Source of the DNA: Staphylococcus phage vB_SscM-1
DNA length: 64,000 bases
Sequence record: NC_047767.1
Strand: one strand, 5' to 3'
Shown here: positions 57,912-64,000 of the stretch, piece by piece
Numbering within the stretch: position 1 is the first letter of the stretch
How the letters are laid out: every line of letters starts with the position of its first letter
The notes under the pieces: generated by a model
What the model was told of the DNA's origin: nothing
The model's database searches: none
The model's input: the letters and a program-made list of their open reading frames with translations, nothing else
Program-made: the position numbers and the translations under genes

Positions 57912-59675
57912 ATGGCAAAAGATGTATTCCCAAGAAAACCAATACAAAGACCGCATACCTCAGTTGAAGTAGATACTTCAGGTATCGGTGGTTCCGCTAG
58001 TGCTAGTGAGAAAGTACTTTGCTTGATTGGTAAAGCAGATGGTGGAGAACCAGATACAGTTTATGAATTAAGAAACTATGCTCAGGCTAAACGTGTTTTC
58101 CGTAACGGAGAATTACTAGATGCTATCGAGTTAGCATGGGGTTCTAATCCACAATACACAGCAGGTAAGATTTTAGCTATGCGTATTGAAGATGCAAAAC
58201 CAGCAAAATTAGAAGCAGGTGGATTAAGAGTTATTTCTGAATTATACGGAAATGATGCAAACAATATCCAAGTAGCTTTAGAAAAGAACACACTAAATGA
58301 CTCATTACGTTTACGTTTAATTTTTGAAAACGATAGAATTAACACAACATTTGATAACTTAGGTAATATCTTTACTATCCGTTACACAGGAGACGAGTCT
58401 ACAGGTTCATTCTCTGTTGAGAAAGACCAAGAGACAGGTAAAGCTACTAAGTTAGTTTTAAAAGCAGGTAGTCAAGAAGTTAAGTCTTATGATTTAAACG
58501 GTGGAGCTTACAGTTACACAAATGAAATCATTCAAGATATTAATCAATTACCAGACTTTGAAGCTAAGTTATCACCTTATGGAGATAAAAATATTGAATC
58601 TAAAGAATTAGATGAAGCACAAGATGTAGACATCAAAGACAAAGCTAAGTATGTTAAATCTATTTTTGGAGATATCCAAAAGCAAACAGCATACAATGGT
58701 TTAATCCGCTTTGAACAAGTAGAAGAAGACCAAAGTGCTCCAGAAGACGTAGAAGTTGAAGCAGGGGAAGAAGATGCTACTGTAACAGCAACATCTACAG
58801 TTAAAGCAATCGAACCATTTGCATTAACTAAATTAGCGGGAGGAACTAACGGAGAACCTCCAACATCATGGGCTCATAAATTAGAGAAGTTTGCTCATGA
58901 AGGTGGATACTATGTAGTACCTTTATCAGACAAGCAATCAGTACACGCTGAGGTAGCTCATTTTGTTAAAGAACGCTCAGATGCAGGAGAACCAATGAGA
59001 GCTATTGTTGGTGGAGGTATTAATGAATCTAAAGAACAATTGTTCGGAAGACAAGCATCATTATCTAACCCACGAGTAGCATTAGTTGCTAACTCAGGTA
59101 CATTCCCAATGGATGATGGTCGTCAATTAAAAGCACCAGCTTACATGACAGCATCAGCTATCGGTGGTTTAGTATCAGGTTTAGATATCGGTGAATCAAT
59201 TACATTCAAACATATCCGTATCAGCTCATTAGATGCAATTTATGAGTCTACAGATTTAGACCAATTGAATGAAAATGGAATTATCACTATTGAATTTGTT
59301 CGTAACCGTACATCTACTAACTTCCGTATTGTAGACGATGTAACAACATTCAACGATAAATCAGACCCAGTTAAACATGAAATGGCAGTAGGAGAAGCTA
59401 ATGACTTCTTAGTATCTGAATTGAAAGTACAACTTGATGATAACTTCATCGGTACACGTACTATTAATACAAGTGCATCAGTCATTAAAGACTTTATCCA
59501 ATCTTACTTAGACCGTAAGAAACGTGATAATGAAATCCAAGACTTCCCTGCAGAAGATGTACAAGTTATCGTAGAAGGTAATGAGGCTAGAATCTCATTA
59601 ACAATCTACCCTATCAGAAGCCTTAAAAAGATTTCTGTTAGCCTTGTTTATCGTCAGCAAACATTACAAGCCTAG
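57912..59675 (+). CDS. Tail sheath protein
   Basis: 587 aa immediately upstream of the tube gene; same length as Kayvirus sheath proteins. Confidence 0.75.
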   Translation: MAKDVFPRKPIQRPHTSVEVDTSGIGGSASASEKVLCLIGKADGGEPDTVYELRNYAQAKRVFRNGELLDAIELAWGSNPQYTAGKILAMRIEDAKPAKLEAGGLRVISELYGNDANNIQVALEKNTLNDSLRLRLIFENDRINTTFDNLGNIFTIRYTGDESTGSFSVEKDQETGKATKLVLKAGSQEVKSYDLNGGAYSYTNEIIQDINQLPDFEAKLSPYGDKNIESKELDEAQDVDIKDKAKYVKSIFGDIQKQTAYNGLIRFEQVEEDQSAPEDVEVEAGEEDATVTATSTVKAIEPFALTKLAGGTNGEPPTSWAHKLEKFAHEGGYYVVPLSDKQSVHAEVAHFVKERSDAGEPMRAIVGGGINESKEQLFGRQASLSNPRVALVANSGTFPMDDGRQLKAPAYMTASAIGGLVSGLDIGESITFKHIRISSLDAIYESTDLDQLNENGIITIEFVRNRTSTNFRIVDDVTTFNDKSDPVKHEMAVGEANDFLVSELKVQLDDNFIGTRTINTSASVIKDFIQSYLDRKKRDNEIQDFPAEDVQVIVEGNEARISLTIYPIRSLKKISVSLVYRQQTLQA

Positions 59676-59747
59676 TACCAACAAGGAGGTACTAGGTACC
59701 TCCTTTTTATAAAAATAATTAAGAAATAATTAGGAGAGTGAATATAG

Positions 59748-60092
59748 ATGGCATCAGAAGCTAAACAAACAGTCCATACTGGTAATACCGTCCTTCTAAT
59801 GATTAAAGGTAAACCGGTAGGAAGAGCTCAATCAGCATCAGGTCAACGTCAATATGGAACTACTGGTGTATACGAGATTGGGTCAATCATGCCTCAAGAA
59901 CACGTTTACTTAAAATATGAAGGTACATTAACAGTAGAACGTTTAAGAATGAAGAAAGAAAACTTTGCAAAACTAGGATATGCTTCATTAGGTGAAGAAA
60001 TCCTTAAGAAGGATATCATTGATATTCTTATTATTGATAACTTAACTAAACAAGTTATTATTAGTTATCACGGTTGTAGTGCCAATAAATAA
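59748..60092 (+). CDS. Tail tube protein, exon 1 (ORF stop probably lies in an intron; exon likely ends near 60086)
   Basis: 114 aa ORF against an expected tube of about 140 aa; followed by group I intron sequence. Confidence 0.55.
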   Translation: MASEAKQTVHTGNTVLLMIKGKPVGRAQSASGQRQYGTTGVYEIGSIMPQEHVYLKYEGTLTVERLRMKKENFAKLGYASLGEEILKKDIIDILIIDNLTKQVIISYHGCSANK

Positions 60093-60420
60093 TTGTTGCC
60101 TCTATACAGTAATGTATAGTTGAATAATACCTGAAATTGCGGGAACCCCTTAAAGCTAATCAAACTACAAAGTAATCCGAAAGGATAAGCTTGAATGTTA
60201 CGAAAGTAGAAAAAATTGATTAGATGGTATAAGGTGAGATAAAAGCATTAGTAACTAACGACATATTACTAGTGTCCTAAGTACTGGAACAATAGGAAAT
60301 CCGCAGGCAAGCTTACGAAAGTGAGAAGCTTCAACGACTGTAATAGGTAGACTCCTTATAAATAAGGGTCATGGGACAGTCTAACCCCTTTAAAATATAT
60401 TGAAAGATAGGGTGTAAGTG
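60093..60420 (+). mobile_element. Group I intron A (T4 td-like) in the tail tube gene
   Basis: GCGGGAACCCCT P3-like block; AAATCCGCAGGC; CAACGACTGTAATAGGTAG P7-like block; terminal G at 60420. Confidence 0.45.
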
Positions 60421-60498
60421 AACTATAACGAGAGCTGGACAACTAATGAAATTGTAACAGAATCTATTGAGTTTAGTTATTTAACAGCATCAACTAAC
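60421..60498 (+). CDS. Candidate tail tube mini-exon 2 (NYNESWTTNEIVTESIEFSYLTASTN)
   Basis: Open frame in phase with exon 1; flanked by intron cores. Confidence 0.35.
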
Positions 60499-60740
60499 TA
60501 GGTGCCTTTACACAGCAATGTGTATCGAACAATCCTCTAATTCAGGGAACCTCTAAACATATTAAGATGTAGACAATCCTGAGCTAAGCTCCTTTAAGGA
60601 GAAAGTGCAACGACTAGTCAGAATGACGTACACTCAAGTGAGTGGAAATGGGGATTACCCTTATGGGGTAGTGATATAGTCTGAACTATATGGAAACATA
60701 TAGAAGGTTAGGAATAACGAACCTAATCGTAACATAATTG
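60499..60740 (+). mobile_element. Group I intron B (T4 td-like) in the tail tube gene
   Basis: GGGAACCTCT..TAGACAATCCTGAGCTAAG and 3' ..ATAACGAACCTAATCGTAACATAATTG resemble the td intron core and 3' end. Confidence 0.45.
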
Positions 60741-60761
60741 CAGATAAAGCTTCAAATTAAT

Positions 60762-60800
60762 AAGGAAGACCTAACAATAAAAGTTAGGTCTTTAATTTTA
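60762..60800 (+). terminator. Terminator AAGACCTAAC..GTTAGGTCTT plus T-rich tail
   Basis: Read directly; placed after the predicted tube exon 3 stop at 60760. Confidence 0.55.
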
Positions 60801-60804
60801 TACT

Positions 60805-60832
60805 TGCTTTGTCAGAAGCAGTGTGGTATAAT
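60805..60832 (+). promoter_or_regulatory. Promoter TTGCTT-N16-TGgTATAAT for the downstream endonuclease gene
   Basis: Extended -10 sequence. Confidence 0.5.
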
Positions 60833-60855
60833 ATAAAATATAAGGAGGTAATATT

Positions 60856-61788
60856 ATGACAAATACAAATCAATTCACATTCAATATAGAGAAGAGTAAA
60901 GAGATATGGAATGAATGGTGTATAAACCAAAATTTAAAACCCTTAGTAGAATATGAAAAGTCACAACAAACTTTTTACTTTGAATTCTTAGAAGGTAAAT
61001 TTAAGGGGTTAGTAGGTAAAACATATTGGGCTAGTATTAAGAGAGGCTCTATTATGTTAATGAGTTGTTTAACACCTGAAAGTAAAGATAAATATATTAA
61101 GTCTTTAGGAGAGTCAAAAGGTATCAGGATACTTGAAGACTATAAAGGTGGTAGAAAGATTAAACATAAATTTATAGTAGCGGAAGGTAAATACCAAGGA
61201 TGTGAAGGATATATAACGTTAAATGATTTAGAGAGTTTAGGTAGAATAGACAACAGAAGTTTATCTGAAAAAGGAAGGAAACAATATTTTGATAAGCAAG
61301 CAAGACTCAGAGATTGTGTTATTTTAGAATATCCTAAGGAATATAGAATAAAAACTAAAGATAAGATAATAGTAAAAGATAAAGAAGGTCATGTTCATAA
61401 TATTATTGTACAGGACTTTTTTGAGAAAACATCTTTAATGGAACTATCTTGTGCTAGTGAAGGGGAGAAAATAGTTAAAGAAATACTTACTAAAAATGCT
61501 ATAAAATTTGAGAAAGAAAAATCATTCAGAAATAAAGAAGGTAGAATACAAAGATTTGACTTTTATATTAATGAAAATAATAAAGAGTATGTAATAGAAT
61601 ATAATGGTGCACAACATTATAGAGATTCTACAGGATACCTCAAAGATACTTTAGAAGTAACTCAGAAAAGAGATAAACTAAAAAAAGAATATATTAAAGA
61701 TAAAGGAATAGAGTTATTAATTATTCCTTACACAGTAACAGATAAAAAAGAAATGGAAGAAATGATTTTAGACTTTTTTAACAAATAA
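60856..61788 (+). CDS. Homing-endonuclease-like protein with Vsr/DUF559-like C-terminus (third paralog)
   Basis: RFDFYINENNKEYVIEYNGAQHY..KRD..IPY; RBS AAGGAGG. Confidence 0.6.
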   Translation: MTNTNQFTFNIEKSKEIWNEWCINQNLKPLVEYEKSQQTFYFEFLEGKFKGLVGKTYWASIKRGSIMLMSCLTPESKDKYIKSLGESKGIRILEDYKGGRKIKHKFIVAEGKYQGCEGYITLNDLESLGRIDNRSLSEKGRKQYFDKQARLRDCVILEYPKEYRIKTKDKIIVKDKEGHVHNIIVQDFFEKTSLMELSCASEGEKIVKEILTKNAIKFEKEKSFRNKEGRIQRFDFYINENNKEYVIEYNGAQHYRDSTGYLKDTLEVTQKRDKLKKEYIKDKGIELLIIPYTVTDKKEMEEMILDFFNK

Positions 61789-61844
61789 CCCTTGACTCAT
61801 CCTCAAGGGTTATGCTATACTTTAAATAAAGGAGGAGAGATATA

Positions 61845-62003
61845 ATGAATAACAGACAATCTAAAATAAAAGGATACAACATGTTTCATTATTACGACTA
61901 CCCTACAACTAAAGGAAAATTTAAAAAGATAATGAAAAGGAAATCTAGAACAGAACTTAAAAAAGACTTACAGAAAGAAAGGGATAACTATGAAAAAGAG
62001 TAA
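61845..62003 (+). CDS. Small basic protein (52 aa; not in the ORF track)
   Basis: RBS AGGAGG then 9 nt then ATG. Confidence 0.35.
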   Translation: MNNRQSKIKGYNMFHYYDYPTTKGKFKKIMKRKSRTELKKDLQKERDNYEKE

Positions 62004-62133
62004 TAAAAAGACCTTAGGTAAGATGACACATAAAAGAGCAGTTTGGGATATTAACCCTGTAACAAGAGTAACTAAAGACAAAACAAAATATACTAGAAAA
62101 AAGAAGCATAAAAATGTTGACAATAATTATTAA
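61990..62133 (+). CDS. Small very basic protein (47 aa)
   Basis: RBS AAAGGGA; overlaps the previous ORF by 14 nt. Confidence 0.3.
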   Translation: MKKSNKKTLGKMTHKRAVWDINPVTRVTKDKTKYTRKKKHKNVDNNY

Positions 62134-62175
62134 AGATGTTATAATACTATTATAAACAGTAAGGAGACGATATTA

Positions 62176-62436
62176 ATGAGAATGACAGAGCATGTAAGAT
62201 ATACTATGGATTGCTTTATGCAACTAGGTGTTACATTTGAAGTAACACCTGAAGCCATTATTGTAGTAGCAACAGATGAAGATGTTTACAGTATCCAATT
62301 TAAAGATGGTATTGCAGAGGTAGCATATAGATATTATGGAAAACTTAAAAGATTAGGTGTGTTACAGCATTTAACAAACTATACACTAGAAGAAACACCA
62401 CAAATGTGTGAAGAGATAAAGGAGCATATTCAATGA
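62176..62436 (+). CDS. Hypothetical protein (86 aa)
   Basis: TTGACA-N17-TATAAT at 62116-62144; RBS AAGGAG. Confidence 0.55.
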   Translation: MRMTEHVRYTMDCFMQLGVTFEVTPEAIIVVATDEDVYSIQFKDGIAEVAYRYYGKLKRLGVLQHLTNYTLEETPQMCEEIKEHIQ

Positions 62437-62729
62437 AAAAAATAACAATTATCAGAGAAGAATTAGAAAGTAATTTAAGTAAATTCCCAGAAGGGAAAAG
62501 TAAGTTTGATGCAATTGAAATTAACAGTATTTTAGAAGTATTTAAATCTAAAACTAGACAAGCAGAGAAGATTACTAAGAAGTACTTACCAGGACAAGAA
62601 GTACTGACAATTGATTACAGTCTGTATGACTCATTACAGGAGTATTATACATACTTAATCAATAATAAAGAAAGAATCATTCAAGGATTACAGGAAATTG
62701 TAAATAAAATAAAAGATTTAGAAAAGTAA
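62433..62729 (+). CDS. Hypothetical protein (98 aa)
   Basis: Start overlaps the upstream stop (ATGA). Confidence 0.55.
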   Translation: MKKITIIREELESNLSKFPEGKSKFDAIEINSILEVFKSKTRQAEKITKKYLPGQEVLTIDYSLYDSLQEYYTYLINNKERIIQGLQEIVNKIKDLEK

Positions 62730-62859
62730 TTTTGACTTTAAAAGTAAATATGTTATAATAGAGATAAGCTTAAGAGCCTGTACTAAGTACGTGTTATATT
62801 AAATATGACAGTGAATAGTACAGGTTTATTATTTATAAAAAGGAAGGTAAAGGATATTT

Positions 62860-63282
62860 ATGGAAGAAAATAAAGAGACTAAAGATGTTAAAGATATGAC
62901 ACCTGAAGAAATTGAAGAAATGAAATATAAAGTAGAAAAAGACAAAGAAAAGACAGTTAACAAAGTAATACGTGGCGTTAATGATGTATGGGAAAAGGAA
63001 TATGATTTTAAAGAACTAGACTTAAAATTTAAAGTTAAAGTTAGATACCCTAATGCTAGAGAGCAAGGTCGTATTTTTGCTTTACGTTCATCTTTCCTAG
63101 GTGGCATGGATATGTACCAAAATGAAGATGTATTCCAAGCATACCAGATGTTAGCAACGTTACAAGAAGTGGGGGAAGAAGTTCCTAAAGAATTCAGAGA
63201 TGTTGAAGAAGTATATAACTTATACCCATTAAAAGTTATGTTCCAAGACTGGATTGAATTCTTAAGTTCCTTTCGATACTAG
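62860..63282 (+). CDS. Hypothetical protein (140 aa; possible tail assembly chaperone by position)
   Basis: Position after the tube; RBS AAGGAAGG. Confidence 0.45.
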   Translation: MEENKETKDVKDMTPEEIEEMKYKVEKDKEKTVNKVIRGVNDVWEKEYDFKELDLKFKVKVRYPNAREQGRIFALRSSFLGGMDMYQNEDVFQAYQMLATLQEVGEEVPKEFRDVEEVYNLYPLKVMFQDWIEFLSSFRY

Positions 63283-63307
63283 AAATGAAATACTAGAGCA
63301 TGGGGGT

Positions 63308-63832
63308 ATGGACTCCCTAGTAAAGACACCTTATGCAAGAAATATGTGGGCTATCATGAAAGAATTTAAGGTATTACCTACAGAGAAGAGATTCCAGGAC
63401 TTATCATATGAACAGATGGACTTTATCATTGCAAGTATGAATAGAGATAATTGGTTAGAGTACCAAGCTTCTAAAGGACAACAACACATGGATAATCTTG
63501 TAGAAGATGACGATACTAGTTGGTGGGATACAGCTCATGATGAGTTTGACCCTGTACCAGACTTCTTAGATGCAGAAGACCTAGCTAGACAGGTAGAAGA
63601 TAAGATGTCTGATTTAGAGAAAGAACAAAGACAAAACAGATTTGATGCAGAAATGGAAGATGAAGAAGATTTAATGCATCAAAATAAGATGGAACTTATT
63701 AAGAGAAATATTGAGGAGCTAGATGAAGAATTAGCCAACGGAAGATTTGAAGGTGACTTAAATCCTCAAGTATCTCAAGAAAGTATTAACCAAGCACTAA
63801 ATGAATTTGATGATGATGATTTATACATTTAA
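63308..63832 (+). CDS. Acidic hypothetical protein (174 aa)
   Basis: ORF track. Confidence 0.5.
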   Translation: MDSLVKTPYARNMWAIMKEFKVLPTEKRFQDLSYEQMDFIIASMNRDNWLEYQASKGQQHMDNLVEDDDTSWWDTAHDEFDPVPDFLDAEDLARQVEDKMSDLEKEQRQNRFDAEMEDEEDLMHQNKMELIKRNIEELDEELANGRFEGDLNPQVSQESINQALNEFDDDDLYI

Positions 63833-63888
63833 GGGTGGTAGAATTTACTACCATCCTATTTTTTATACTATAGGATGGTGAGTAAAGA

Positions 63889-64000
63889 ATGGCAATGAAT
63901 GATAACTATAGGTTAAATATATCGGGTGATAGTAGAGATTTAGAAAGAAGTTTGCAAACTATTATTGCCATGATGGATGCTATAGAAGAAAGAGACCTAG
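63889..64000 (+). CDS. 5' end of a gene running off the window (MAMNDNYRLNISGDSRDLERSLQTII..)
   Basis: Open to the window end. Confidence 0.35.
   Translation, partial: MAMNDNYRLNISGDSRDLERSLQTIIAMMDAIEERDL

Overview
The window looks like the left ~64 kb of a terminally redundant SPO1/Twort-like (Herelleviridae-type) myovirus genome from a low-GC Firmicute. AT-richness (about 30 % GC by eye) and gene sizes (587-aa tail sheath, 570-aa portal, 469-aa capsid) best fit a staphylococcal Twortvirinae-like phage, but the host call is inference. Layout of the window: (1) 1-940 is a repeat-rich non-coding end or origin-like region with TAGGATG repeats, two tandem DnaA boxes and hairpins. (2) 943-9300 is a host-takeover-style early module of about 22 small plus-strand genes. 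Each gene sits behind a UP-element plus TTGACA-N17-TATAAT-like promoter and a conserved leader/RBS. A gaagcgg..ccgcttc terminator hairpin recurs between genes. An intergenic TTGYRYRCAA motif is present in about 20 copies. (3) 9300-9660 is a strand-switch region with five AAAGTCAACA iterons. (4) 9659-41005 is a long minus-strand block, punctuated by repeated terminator plus consensus-promoter units. It carries three YopX paralogs, an HNH and a Vsr-like endonuclease, a Ser/Thr phosphatase, a frameshift-split collagen-repeat tail fibre, dUTPase, a PcfJ-like protein, a LysM protein, a nucleoside 2-deoxyribosyltransferase, an RNA-ligase-like enzyme, PhoH, RNase H, an XRE regulator and two endolysins (CHAP and amidase_3, sharing one cell-wall-binding domain). 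It also contains an unusual 2.7-kb ORF-free, promoter-driven, hairpin-rich region at 36411-39088 that I interpret as large structured ncRNA(s) or a decayed tRNA array. (5) From 41160 on the plus strand is the late structural module. The terminase large subunit is split by two T4-td-like group I introns (one carrying a homing endonuclease). Then come portal, prohead protease, scaffold-like acidic protein, major capsid, virion proteins and tail sheath. The tail tube gene looks interrupted by two more group I introns with a 26-codon mini-exon, followed by another homing-endonuclease gene. All coordinates come from reading the sequence and the ORF track; no database searches were possible.
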